54,398 bases of DNA, taken from sequence record SRR31156797_8656. One strand, given 5' to 3'. Made by a program: the position numbers and the translations under genes. The notes under the pieces were generated by a model. It made no database searches. It saw nothing but the letters and a program-made list of their open reading frames with translations, and was not told the origin of the DNA. Below, piece after piece: positions 9,791 through 19,181 of this stretch; positions within the stretch are counted from its first letter, which is position 1, and each line of letters begins with the position of its first letter.

Positions 9791-10315
9791 TTACTTTTCA
9801 ATGTAAGCTTTAAAGTTTGATAACCCCTTTTCAAAATCTGGACCTATGGCTTTATCCATATTCATAAATACCATCATAATGGTACTTGGAAAAGTATTTT
9901 CACCTTTAAAACCCCAGGTTACTTCCGTTCCTTCACCAGCCTTTTTAATTTCGAAAAAACCAGTACTGCTCGATTCAAAAGGTTTTAAGAAGCGCAATTC
10001 AGTTTCAATATATGAGTTAGGCTCAATTTTCATGATTTCCTGTTCACCTTCACCAACATCTTTGTTTCCTGCCCAATGAGTTATAGAACCTACAGTACCA
10101 TCAGTTCCCATAAATTTGACTTTCATCTCTAAATCTTTATCTGCCCAAGGAGACCAAGCCTGTTGTTCTTTAAGTGAACACAAACTCTTAAATACAGTAT
10201 CTATATTTTCAGAAACAACAATTTTTCGATCAACATGATAAGTTTTTGGAGCAATAAGATGAAGAACAGCAAGGATTAATACGAGTGATCCAAGAATGTA
10301 AAGTAAGATTTTCAT
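9791..10315 (-). CDS. SRPBCC/START-fold (polyketide cyclase-like) protein with N-terminal anchor
   Basis: WSPW, GTDGTVG, GEGEQEI, TEVTW and IGPDFEKGL motifs. Confidence 0.85.
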   Translation of the reverse strand: MKILLYILGSLVLILAVLHLIAPKTYHVDRKIVVSENIDTVFKSLCSLKEQQAWSPWADKDLEMKVKFMGTDGTVGSITHWAGNKDVGEGEQEIMKIEPNSYIETELRFLKPFESSSTGFFEIKKAGEGTEVTWGFKGENTFPSTIMMVFMNMDKAIGPDFEKGLSNFKAYIEK

Positions 10316-10583
10316 AATATTAAAATTAAAATTTTATTTAAATATAAGAATAATACATGATAGGGAATATTTTTTTTTAAACGCCTTAATTTTCAAGAAA
10401 TCAATAGTTTATAATAATGAAAAATATTGTTGAGTATAAAAATTATTATAAAGGAGGGTTACCTTTTTAGCAAAAGTGGAATTAAGAAGTGTATTAAGAA
10501 TTTAACTGAAGCGCTTTATCAATTGAAAAGTTAAATCGGAATACAACTCTAATCACTAATCTTTTATAATTAAAAATTAATTT

Positions 10584-11801
10584 ATGAAAAAATTAATTCT
10601 TGTAAAAAAAGCAATGCTTTTATTGACCTTTTTTGGTTTTGTTTTTATATCGTGTGATAATGATTTAGAAACGGAAATTAACGAAATTCCTGATGTAATA
10701 TCTGAGGTTAAAACTGAATTTAGTGTCACAAATGGAAAGGCTACTTACATTGTTCAGTTTGAGGACGATTTTGCATTGAATTCAGAATTGAAAGGACTAA
10801 AAGGCTATGAAAAAAAGTCTTTGCGAATGAAATCTCATGTCTCAAATTTTGTTAAGAAAAATGGAATTTCTAACAATGATGTAGAACATACTTACAGTAC
10901 CGCAATTAAAGGTTTTTCAGTTAAATTAAATGAAAATCAACTAGCCAAATTAATATCTAACCCTAATGTAAAACGCATTGAGAAGGATGTTGAAATAGCT
11001 CTAGGTAAGCCAGGTGGAGGAACAACTCAACCAGCTCAAGAAACACCATGGGGTATTACTCGCATAGGTGGTGCAGGTAATGGTGTTGGTAAAACGGCTT
11101 GGATTATTGACTCTGGAATTGATTTAGATCACCCAGATTTAAATGTAGATGTTGCTAGGAGTAAAACATTTATTACTCAAGGAAAAACTACTCCAGATGA
11201 CCAACATGGACATGGAACTCATGTTGCAGGAACTGTTGCTGCTATAGATAATAATATTGGAGTTATTGGAGTAGCTGCGGGTGCAAAAGTTGTTTCTTGT
11301 CGTGTTTTAGATAGAAGAGGTAATGGAAATATGTCATGGTCAATGGCTGCTTTAGATTATATCGCAGCTGAAGGTCAGCCAGGTGATGCTGTTAATATGA
11401 GCTTGGGACCAAAATCTCGTTATACTTATGATGCTTATGATGAAACTGTAAAAGCCGTTGCAGATCTTGGAATATTGATTTCGATTGCAGCAGGTAACTC
11501 ATCCGACGATGCTTTGTACTATTCACCTTCCCGTGCAAATCATGAAAATATTTATACAATTTCAGCATCTGACATTAATGATAATTTTGCATCATTCTCA
11601 AATTATGGATCACCAGTTGATTATTGTGCTCCTGGTGTTGATGTAAAATCATGTTATCTTAACGGTGGTTATGGTACTATGAGTGGAACGTCAATGGCTG
11701 CTCCTCATGTTTGTGGCTTGCTGTTGCTTGGTCCAATCCATACCGATGGATATGTGAATAATGATCCTGATGGTGACGCAGATCCTATTGCACATAGATA
11801 G
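10584..11801 (+). CDS. S8 subtilisin-like serine protease lipoprotein with I9 propeptide
   Basis: Lipobox FISC; YIVQF/GFSV propeptide; catalytic triad IIDSG, HGTHVAG, GTSMAAPHV. Confidence 0.93.
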   Translation: MKKLILVKKAMLLLTFFGFVFISCDNDLETEINEIPDVISEVKTEFSVTNGKATYIVQFEDDFALNSELKGLKGYEKKSLRMKSHVSNFVKKNGISNNDVEHTYSTAIKGFSVKLNENQLAKLISNPNVKRIEKDVEIALGKPGGGTTQPAQETPWGITRIGGAGNGVGKTAWIIDSGIDLDHPDLNVDVARSKTFITQGKTTPDDQHGHGTHVAGTVAAIDNNIGVIGVAAGAKVVSCRVLDRRGNGNMSWSMAALDYIAAEGQPGDAVNMSLGPKSRYTYDAYDETVKAVADLGILISIAAGNSSDDALYYSPSRANHENIYTISASDINDNFASFSNYGSPVDYCAPGVDVKSCYLNGGYGTMSGTSMAAPHVCGLLLLGPIHTDGYVNNDPDGDADPIAHR

Positions 11802-11823
11802 TATTGTTTTATTAAAGTTAATG

Positions 11824-11854
11824 AAGGTCGTACTTTAGTGTACGACCTTTTTTT
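11824..11854 (+). terminator. Intrinsic terminator of the protease gene
   Basis: aaggtcgtac-tttagt-gtacgacctt followed by a T-run. Confidence 0.85.
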
Positions 11855-11905
11855 GATTTTAGGAAAAATCAGGAGGACTTGACTGTTCCTATTAATCAAC
11901 TATTT

Positions 11906-12943
11906 TTATAAAAAAATGATACCAGCTTTTTTACAAGCGTCTCTTAATTCATCTGGCCAAATACTTGATTGAACTTCACCAATATGTGCTTTTCGCAATA
12001 AGAACATGCACAATCGTGATTGTCCAATTCCACCACCAATGGAATATGGTAATTCACCAGCAAGAAGTTTTTTGTGGAACATCAGCTCTTTTCTTTTTTC
12101 TTCACCTTTAAGTTTCAATTGTTTTTTAAGTGCATCTTCATCTACTCTAATTCCCATCGATGAAATTTCAAAAGCTTGTTTCAATATAGGGTTCCAAAGC
12201 AAAATGTCACCATTTAATCCACTGTATCCGTTTAGTGTTGGAGTTGTCCAATCATCATAATCTGGAGCTCTGCCATCATGAGGTTCTCCATTGGCAAGTT
12301 CGCCACCAATTCCAATAATGAAAACGGCACCATGTTCTTCTGTAAACTTGCTTTCTCTTTCTTTTGGACTTAAATCAGGATATTTAGCCAGAAGATCTTC
12401 GGCATGGATAAATGTGATTTCATCTGGAAGTTGTGGTTTTAAAGTAGGATAGTATTCACTCAAGATGTATTCAGTTCTTTTTAGCGAGGAATAGATTTGT
12501 TTTACACTTTTAATTAGAAAATCAAGTTGTCTCTCTTCTTTTTGTATCGATTTTTCCCAATCCCACTGATCTACATATACCGAGTGTAGGTTAGTGAAAT
12601 CTTCATCAGGTCGCAAGGCATTCATATCGGTATAAAGACCTTTTCCGGCTGGAATTTGTAATTCTCCCAACATGTATCTTTTCCATTTGGCTAGAGAGTG
12701 AACCACTTCAGCTGTTTGGTCAGATAATCCTTTAATAGGAAAAGCAACAGGGCGTTCAATTCCGTTTAAATCATCATTTAAGCCGGTCCCCTTCATAACA
12801 ATCATGGGGGCTGTTACTCGTCTTAATTTCAGTTCCGATGACAATTGAAGTTGAAACTGATCCTTAATGAATTTGATCGCCTTTTCTGTCGCATCCAGAT
12901 CGAGAATGCTTTTGTAATCCGTTGGAATAATTAAGTTTTTCAT
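11906..12943 (-). CDS. asnA: Aspartate--ammonia ligase (asparagine synthetase A)
   Basis: GLNDDLNGIERPV, VVHSLAKWKR, HSVYVDQWDWE, DGRAPDYDDW, SIGGGIGQSR. Confidence 0.97.
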   Translation of the reverse strand: MKNLIIPTDYKSILDLDATEKAIKFIKDQFQLQLSSELKLRRVTAPMIVMKGTGLNDDLNGIERPVAFPIKGLSDQTAEVVHSLAKWKRYMLGELQIPAGKGLYTDMNALRPDEDFTNLHSVYVDQWDWEKSIQKEERQLDFLIKSVKQIYSSLKRTEYILSEYYPTLKPQLPDEITFIHAEDLLAKYPDLSPKERESKFTEEHGAVFIIGIGGELANGEPHDGRAPDYDDWTTPTLNGYSGLNGDILLWNPILKQAFEISSMGIRVDEDALKKQLKLKGEEKRKELMFHKKLLAGELPYSIGGGIGQSRLCMFLLRKAHIGEVQSSIWPDELRDACKKAGIIFL

Positions 12944-12977
12944 GTTTTATAATTTTTGGTTAATAGTTATTTTAAAT

Positions 12978-13011
12978 AAAAAAAGCCTTTCTCGTTAGGT
13001 GAGAAAGGCTT
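12978..13011 (-). terminator. Attenuator terminator 2 (proximal to asnA)
   Basis: Minus strand AAGCCTTTCTC-acctaac-GAGAAAGGCTT-TTTTT, inside the 5' leader and 34 nt before the asnA ATG. Confidence 0.9.
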
Positions 13012-13037
13012 GCTATATGATATAACAATTTACTTTC

Positions 13038-13091
13038 TCACCACAAGGGAGAATTATTATTGTTGTTATTATTGAAATTGAATTGTATCAT
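13038..13091 (-). CDS. Asn-rich leader peptide 2, MIQFNFNNNNNNNSPLW (17 aa)
   Basis: atg ata caa ttc aat ttc aat aat aac aac aat aat aat tct ccc ttg tgg tga; 8 Asn, 7 of them consecutive. Confidence 0.88.
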   Translation of the reverse strand: MIQFNFNNNNNNNSPLW

Positions 13092-13102
13092 TTAGTTAAA
13101 AT

Positions 13103-13131
13103 AAAAAAGCCTTCCCAATTTGGGAAGGCTT
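13103..13131 (-). terminator. Attenuator terminator 1 (distal)
   Basis: Minus strand AAGCCTTCCCA-aat-TGGGAAGGCTT-TTTT. Confidence 0.9.
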
Positions 13132-13154
13132 GTAAAAAATATCGTTTAAAATAT

Positions 13155-13232
13155 CTATAATCTTCCCAGCTTTGATGAATTATTATTCATCAAATTATTA
13201 AAAGAATTATTATTGATATTTACTTGTTTCAT
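13155..13232 (-). CDS. Asn-rich leader peptide 1, MKQVNINNNSFNNLMNNNSSKLGRL (25 aa)
   Basis: atg aaa caa gta aat atc aat aat aat tct ttt aat aat ttg atg aat aat aat tca tca aag ctg gga aga tta tag; 9 Asn. Confidence 0.88.
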   Translation of the reverse strand: MKQVNINNNSFNNLMNNNSSKLGRL

Positions 13233-13248
13233 GTGTTTTTCTTTGTTA

Positions 13249-13279
13249 CAAATGTAGGTTTTTATCTTTTACTAGCAAA
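13249..13279 (-). promoter_or_regulatory. Bacteroidota sigma-A promoter for leader-asnA
   Basis: Minus strand TTTG (13279-13276)-N19-TACATTTG (13256-13249), a perfect match to the -33/-7 consensus. Confidence 0.8.
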
Positions 13280-13482
13280 GTTGTTTGTGGATAAAAAATC
13301 ATATTATTCATTTCAAAGCTTGTTTGAAAAGAGTTTCTGGGGTGCTTAATCGCCTGGCAGTTAACTGTATTGACTTGTGTGTTTGACTGTTGGTTGTAAA
13401 TGCAAAAATAATCAGATAAATGTTTAGTAATTGAATCTAATTACGTACATTTACTAAGTAATAATTTTAAATTTTTTAAGTA

Positions 13483-13674
13483 ATGCCTACAGGTACAGTA
13501 AAATTTTTTAACGAATCCAAAGGATTTGGGTTCATTAAGAACAGTGAAACACAAGAAGACATTTTTGTTCATGTAACAGGTTTGATCGATAAAATCGACC
13601 AAGGTGATAACGTAACTTATGATGTTGTGGAAGGAAAAAAAGGATTAAATGCAGTTAATGTAAAAATGGACTAA
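13483..13674 (+). CDS. Cold-shock domain protein
   Basis: GTVKFFNESKGFGFI (RNP1), DIFVH (RNP2), 63 aa. Confidence 0.96.
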   Translation: MPTGTVKFFNESKGFGFIKNSETQEDIFVHVTGLIDKIDQGDNVTYDVVEGKKGLNAVNVKMD

Positions 13675-13699
13675 TTTTAAAGAAATAATTTTCCTTGGT

Positions 13700-13728
13700 A
13701 AAGCTCAATTTAGAATTGAGCTTTTTTT
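13700..13728 (+). terminator. Intrinsic terminator of the csp gene
   Basis: aagctcaatt-tag-aattgagctt followed by a T-run. Confidence 0.85.
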
Positions 13729-13820
13729 GGCTCTAATAAAATAATATCAAACTTGTATATTTATGTTTGAATTAAGTGAGCAAAGGAATTATTATACTAC
13801 GATTTCATTATTTTTGTGGC

Positions 13821-14237
13821 ATGATCAATACGAAAGAAGCCTTAGATACACTAAATAAAATGTGCTCGGATACCTTAATGGAGCATTTAGGAATTATTTA
13901 TACAGAAGTTGGAGAGGATTATTTGGTTGCAGAAATGGAAGTTACTTCGAAGCATTGGCAGCCAATGAAAATATTACATGGAGGTGCTACCTTGGCATTG
14001 GCCGAATCAGTTGGAAGCGCACTTTCAGTTATCCATACAGATTTGAAAAATTTCGATGTGAAAGGCATGGAGATTAATGCTAATCATGTACGCAGTTTAA
14101 GAAAAGGAAAAATTACTGCTAAAGCAAAATTTTTACATAAAGGTGGAATGACACATATCGTAGAGATCAATGTATTAAATGAACAAGACAAGCTGGTTTC
14201 TATTTGTAGAATTACCAATGTGATCATTAAAAAATAG
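13821..14237 (+). CDS. menI: Hotdog-fold thioesterase, probable DHNA-CoA thioesterase (MenI/YdiI-like)
   Basis: QPMKILHGGATLALAES, GMEINANH; first gene of the men cluster. ATG 13821 follows a TATTTTTG box at 13809-13816. Confidence 0.82.
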   Translation: MINTKEALDTLNKMCSDTLMEHLGIIYTEVGEDYLVAEMEVTSKHWQPMKILHGGATLALAESVGSALSVIHTDLKNFDVKGMEINANHVRSLRKGKITAKAKFLHKGGMTHIVEINVLNEQDKLVSICRITNVIIKK

Positions 14238-14240
14238 TGA

Positions 14241-15347
14241 ATGAATCTATTGGATAAAGAAAATAGAAAACGAGACGAATTCCTTTCTACTTGTTTGGTC
14301 AAGAATCTTGCATTTTATGCCTATTCATTGCCCGAAACATCATCAATAAAATTTGGTGTTCAAATAAATGATCTGCCTCAGAGTTATCGGAAATTGTCAA
14401 ACCTGAAGGGGAAAGAGGGTTTCGTATTTGCTCCTTTTGATCAGAAAGGAAAGCATGAGTCCTATTTTATCAGAAAAGATCTTGATGAGGATGATTTTAA
14501 AAATGAAAACCTCGATAAAATTGAGGATTATAATGCTGAAGAGAATAGTACAATTCATGAAAGTACTAGAAAAGAGTATTCACAACAGATGGATATTTTA
14601 CTTTCTCAACTCAATCAAAAAGAATTAGATAAAGTAATTCTCTCCAGGATTCATATCTTGAATCAAATGGGAAGGGAAAAAGCTCTTACTTATTTTTTGA
14701 AGTTGATTGATGCATATCCTAATGCTTTTGTGTTTATGGTTGATATTCCTAAAATTGGATTGTGGATTGGTGCCAGTCCGGAACGATTGATATCTCAAAA
14801 ACACAATATGATGGAAACTGTTGCATTGGCAGGAACTCAAAAATTAGGAGAGAGAGAGCTTGAGAAAGTCGTTTGGGAAGAGAAGGAGGTTGAAGAACAG
14901 GCTTTTGTAAGTTCTTATATTGAAGAATTGCTTAAAGAAAATAAAATTACAAACTATAAGTGGAAAGGTCCTTTTACCAGTCAGGCTGGAAATCTTGTTC
15001 ATCTGAAAACGGTTTATCAGATAAACTCAAATTTAGGCTTTGATCAAAGCTCATCTTTTGCGGAGGCATTGCATCCAACGCCCGCTGTTTGCGGATTGCC
15101 AAAAAGGGATGCAATGGAATTAATACGTACAGTAGAAAATCACGATAGGGAATATTATGCTGGTTATCTGGGACCTGTTCATACCAATGGAGACATGTCT
15201 TTGTTCGTGAATTTGAGAAGTATGAAGGTCTTTAAAAATATGATGGCTTTGTTTGTAGGAGGAGGTATTACTTCAGGTTCTGATCCAGAAAAGGAATGGG
15301 ATGAAACCTGTTTTAAAGCGCAAACTCTCTTAAATGTGATTAAATAA
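14241..15347 (+). CDS. menF: Isochorismate synthase
   Basis: WIGASPERL, ALAGT, LHPTPAVCG, REYYAGYLG, LFVNLR, GGGIT. Confidence 0.92.
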   Translation: MNLLDKENRKRDEFLSTCLVKNLAFYAYSLPETSSIKFGVQINDLPQSYRKLSNLKGKEGFVFAPFDQKGKHESYFIRKDLDEDDFKNENLDKIEDYNAEENSTIHESTRKEYSQQMDILLSQLNQKELDKVILSRIHILNQMGREKALTYFLKLIDAYPNAFVFMVDIPKIGLWIGASPERLISQKHNMMETVALAGTQKLGERELEKVVWEEKEVEEQAFVSSYIEELLKENKITNYKWKGPFTSQAGNLVHLKTVYQINSNLGFDQSSSFAEALHPTPAVCGLPKRDAMELIRTVENHDREYYAGYLGPVHTNGDMSLFVNLRSMKVFKNMMALFVGGGITSGSDPEKEWDETCFKAQTLLNVIK

Positions 15348-15481
15348 AGGAAATTGTTCTAAATTTGAGTTTCGAAAGGTAAAAGCACGAAGTACAAAAT
15401 GCAAATGTTTACCAGTAGGCTAAAAGCTTAAATATGAATTCAGAATTTACTTCAATAGTAGAAAAAGAAAATATAAAACAG

Positions 15482-17179
15482 ATGGAGCGTAATTATTCAG
15501 ATATCAAAGGTGTGAAAGAACTGATTGATATCTGCTGGGCTAAAGGAATGGAATACGTAATTGTTTCGCCTGGTTCAAGAAATGCTCCTTTAAGTATATC
15601 ATTCGCTAAAGACCAGCGAATAAGAAGTTTGGTTATTGTTGATGAGCGAAGTGCAGCTTATTTTGCACTGGGAATTACTCAGCAAACCAGAAAGCCGGTT
15701 GGTTTGGTTTGTACTTCGGGTACGGCTCTTTTAAACTATGGACCTGCAGTAGCCGAGGCCTACTACCAGCGTTTACCACTGGTTGTGATATCTGCAGATA
15801 GACCCACAGAATGGATTGATCAGGACGATAGTCAGGCGATACCGCAGCCTGATGTGTTTAAGGGATTTGTAAAAGATTCTTATCAATTGCCTTTGGATGC
15901 TAATAATCCTGATGATTGCTGGTACCTAAATAGAATGGTGAATGAGGCTTTATCGAAAGCACAAAGTGGCAGATTAGGTCCGGTTCATATCAATTTTCCT
16001 TTGCGTGAGCCTTTGTATGGAGTGAAGCAATATCCAGACTTGGATGAGCGTGTAATTCGTAAAGTAAGTTCGGTAGATGAATTGAGCTCAGATAGCATTG
16101 AAATGCTTGCAAAGACTTTTAATTCTACAAAAAAGATATTGATTTTGGCGGGCTTATTGCATCAGCAGCCTGAATTGAATCAACTGTTATCCCAATTGGC
16201 AAAGCAGCCGAATGTGCTTGTAATGACAGAGTCGGTTGCTAATGTACACGATGATAATTTTTTACCATGTATAGATAGAGTGATTTGCGCGATAAAAGAG
16301 GATGAGGTGAAAGATTTTCAGCCAGATTTACTTATCAATTTTGGAGGTCCTCTAGTTTCTAAAAAGATAAAGACTTTCTTGCGAGATAATAAACCAAAAG
16401 AGCATTGGTTTGTGGGAAAGGAGGATCATTTTATTGATACTTTTAAGAATTTGACATCGCATATTGATGTTTCTCCAATAGCATTTTTCAAGCAATTATT
16501 GCCTTTAATCACTGATATTGAAAGTGAATATTCAAACCTTTGGAATGAAAGAGATGCAGTAGTTGGAATGCTACACAAAGATTACCTTGAAGATTTGCAA
16601 TGGAGCGATATGAAAGCTTTTGAAAAAATCTTAAATGCTATTCCAGAGGGAGGAAATTTACAATTGGCAAATTCTTCTGTGGTAAGATATGTCCAATTGT
16701 TTACATCATCAGATAAATTAGTTTACAACTCGAATAGAGGAACCAGTGGGATCGATGGTTGCACATCAACAGCAGCAGGAGCAGCTTTGGTGAATGGAAA
16801 AACCACCACGTTAATTACTGGAGATATTAGTTTTTTCTATGATTCTAACGGATTGTGGAATAAGTATCTGCAGCCAAATCTTAAAATTATTCTAATAAAT
16901 AATGGAGGCGGAGGAATCTTTCGATTCATATCGGGACCATCGGGAGTAGAAGAATTGGAAGAATATTTTGAAACCGTACAGGAATACAAGGCTGATAAAT
17001 TGGCAGAAACCTACGGATTAGATTATTTTTACGCTGAAAATGAAACAGAGGTAGAAAACATTCTACCGCAATTTTATGCAGCTAACAATAAAGCTGCTGT
17101 TTTGGAGGTTAAAACACCCAGAACGATAAACGATCAAGTGCTAATCAATTACTTTAAAAACATAAAAACACAGGTATGA
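15482..17179 (+). CDS. menD: SEPHCHC synthase (ThDP-dependent)
   Basis: [45 protein letters not shown]. Start is 15482 or 15434. Confidence 0.95.
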   Translation: MERNYSDIKGVKELIDICWAKGMEYVIVSPGSRNAPLSISFAKDQRIRSLVIVDERSAAYFALGITQQTRKPVGLVCTSGTALLNYGPAVAEAYYQRLPLVVISADRPTEWIDQDDSQAIPQPDVFKGFVKDSYQLPLDANNPDDCWYLNRMVNEALSKAQSGRLGPVHINFPLREPLYGVKQYPDLDERVIRKVSSVDELSSDSIEMLAKTFNSTKKILILAGLLHQQPELNQLLSQLAKQPNVLVMTESVANVHDDNFLPCIDRVICAIKEDEVKDFQPDLLINFGGPLVSKKIKTFLRDNKPKEHWFVGKEDHFIDTFKNLTSHIDVSPIAFFKQLLPLITDIESEYSNLWNERDAVVGMLHKDYLEDLQWSDMKAFEKILNAIPEGGNLQLANSSVVRYVQLFTSSDKLVYNSNRGTSGIDGCTSTAAGAALVNGKTTTLITGDISFFYDSNGLWNKYLQPNLKIILINNGGGGIFRFISGPSGVEELEEYFETVQEYKADKLAETYGLDYFYAENETEVENILPQFYAANNKAAVLEVKTPRTINDQVLINYFKNIKTQV

Positions 17180-18000
17180 CAACAAGAAACTGGACTACCA
17201 TTAAAGAATACGAAGATATTAAATTCGATTTTTTCGAGGGAATCGCAAAAATTACAATTAATCGTCCTGAGGTGTATAACGCATTTCGCCCGCAAACCAA
17301 CTTCGATATGTTGGATGCAATGGATATTTGTCGTGAGCGTAGCGATATTGGTGTGATTGTACTTACCGGTACAGGAGATAAGGCTTTTTGTTCAGGAGGT
17401 GATCAAAATGTGAAAGGTGTGGGTGGATACATTGATGAGCATGGAGTGCCTCGTTTGAATGTATTGGATTTGCACAAAGCAATTCGATCTATGCCTAAGC
17501 CGATAATTGCTATGGTTAATGGTTATGCAATTGGTGGCGGACACGTACTTCATGTAGTTTGCGACTTAACGATTGCTTCAGAGAATGCTAAATTCGGTCA
17601 GACTGGTCCTAAAGTGGGTAGTTTCGATGCTGGTTTTGGATCGAACTATTTGGCTCGCCACGTAGGTCAGAAGAAGGCTCGTGAAATTTGGTTCCTTTGC
17701 AAGCAGTATACTGCCAAAGAGGCTGAAGATATGGGTATGGTAAACAAAGTAGTTCCTTTGGAGCAATTGGAAGACGAAACTGTAGATTGGTGTAAAACCA
17801 TGCTAATGCGTAGCCCTATGGCACTTCGTATGATCAAGCGTGGATTAAACGCAGAATTAGACGGACAGCGCGGTTTAATGGAATTTGCCGGTGATGCTAC
17901 CATGATGTACTATCTGATGGAAGAAGCACAGGAAGGAAAGAATGCATTCTTGGAGAAACGCGATCCTGAATTCCAAAAATTTCCGAAATTTCCAGGATAA
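17176..18000 (+). CDS. menB: 1,4-dihydroxy-2-naphthoyl-CoA synthase
   Basis: [32 protein letters not shown]. Confidence 0.97.
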   Translation: MTTRNWTTIKEYEDIKFDFFEGIAKITINRPEVYNAFRPQTNFDMLDAMDICRERSDIGVIVLTGTGDKAFCSGGDQNVKGVGGYIDEHGVPRLNVLDLHKAIRSMPKPIIAMVNGYAIGGGHVLHVVCDLTIASENAKFGQTGPKVGSFDAGFGSNYLARHVGQKKAREIWFLCKQYTAKEAEDMGMVNKVVPLEQLEDETVDWCKTMLMRSPMALRMIKRGLNAELDGQRGLMEFAGDATMMYYLMEEAQEGKNAFLEKRDPEFQKFPKFPG

Positions 18001-18008
18001 ATGATATT

Positions 18009-18070
18009 GTAGGGACATGCCACGGCATGTCCTTGTTTTATATATCGGTCACGATATGTCGTGATCCTAC
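18009..18070. repeat. Inverted pair of GTAG-type REP-like palindromes (REPIN/BIME-like)
   Basis: GTAG-GGACATGCC-ac-GGCATGTCC (18009-18032, +) and GTAG-GATCACGAC-at-ATCGTGACC (18070-18047, -), with a 14-nt spacer. Confidence 0.7.
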
Positions 18071-18083
18071 GACAACGCTAAAA

Positions 18084-18578
18084 ATGAATATTCGACTAGC
18101 TACCCTAATAGACCTACCAGCCATTAATGAGATTTACAATCAGGCTGTTCGTAAAAGATTCTGTACCGCCGATTTGGAGGAAATCAGCATGAAGGAACGT
18201 GAAAAATGGTTCACTTTTCATGATCCCAACAAGTACCCTGTATTTGTTTTTGAAGAGAATAATGAAATCTTAGGTTGGATGTGCTATTCACCATATCGCC
18301 AAGGAAGAAGAGCTCTGCAAACTGCTGTTGAAGTCAGCTACTATTTGCACGAAAATCATCAGGACAAAGGCATTGGTAGCCTGTTGATGGATTTTGCCAT
18401 AAAACAAGCGACTAACTACAATGCCAAACATCTTTTTGCCATTTTACTGGAACCCAATATTGCCAGTATTAAACTACTTGAGAAATATGGCTTCGAACGA
18501 TGGGCATGCCTGCCTAATATCGCCAATATCGATGGAAAGTGGTGCTCTCATGTTTACTACGGGAGAGAAGTTAATTAA
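18084..18578 (+). CDS. GNAT acetyltransferase (YncA/phosphinothricin acetyltransferase-like)
   Basis: IRLAT..DLPAINEIYN, EVSYYL, QDKGIGSLL, NIASIKLLEKYGF. Start set downstream of the REP element. Confidence 0.88.
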   Translation: MNIRLATLIDLPAINEIYNQAVRKRFCTADLEEISMKEREKWFTFHDPNKYPVFVFEENNEILGWMCYSPYRQGRRALQTAVEVSYYLHENHQDKGIGSLLMDFAIKQATNYNAKHLFAILLEPNIASIKLLEKYGFERWACLPNIANIDGKWCSHVYYGREVN

Positions 18579-18641
18579 TTTTGATGCTCTTACTCCGAAT
18601 GAGGGTATCAATAATAGATGCCTATATTAAATCTGCAATAA

Positions 18642-19181
18642 ATGATAGAATTAAAACCTCTGCATGAGCTTCATGCTCAATTTTTCTACAATTGGTTTCA
18701 AGATGAAGAAGTGATTCGTTATTCTTTATCTATTTTTCAGAAATTGCAGACCGAAGAACAGATAATAGAATGGCTCATAGAAACAATAAATGATGCCAAA
18801 ACGTTTAAGCTGGGGATATTTCTTGAAAATACCGATCAATTAATTGGTTATGCAGGAATTTGCGATTTGTCTGCCACTAATAAATCGGGAGAGTATTTTA
18901 TTTTTATTGGCGATAAAGCATATTGGGGAAAGGGTGTAGGAACTGAGGTGACAAAGAAAGTTCTACAGCTTGGATTCGAAGAATTGGAATTAAACAGAAT
19001 CATGCTAACTGTTTCAGAACCAAATATTGGTGGAGTAAAGGCATATCAACGAGCAGGATTCAAGATTGAAGGCAAATTGCGCGAAGCCTGTTATCGCGAT
19101 GGCGAATTCCATGATAAATTGGTGATGTCGGTTTTGAAAGAAGAATTTAATAGTTTCAAATTAGTGAAATGTCTTGACTAA
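18642..19181 (+). CDS. GNAT acetyltransferase (RimJ/RimL/SpeG-like)
   Basis: IFIGDKAYWGKGVGTE, LNRIMLTV, YQRAGFKIEGKLRE. Confidence 0.9.
   Translation: MIELKPLHELHAQFFYNWFQDEEVIRYSLSIFQKLQTEEQIIEWLIETINDAKTFKLGIFLENTDQLIGYAGICDLSATNKSGEYFIFIGDKAYWGKGVGTEVTKKVLQLGFEELELNRIMLTVSEPNIGGVKAYQRAGFKIEGKLREACYRDGEFHDKLVMSVLKEEFNSFKLVKCLD

Noticed and set aside
13050-13215. (ATT)n/(AAT)n runs as a mere microsatellite or phase-variation tract
   Set aside because: The runs are in frame within ATG-to-stop ORFs, include synonymous AAC codons, and sit beside matched antiterminator/terminator pairs, so attenuation explains them better.
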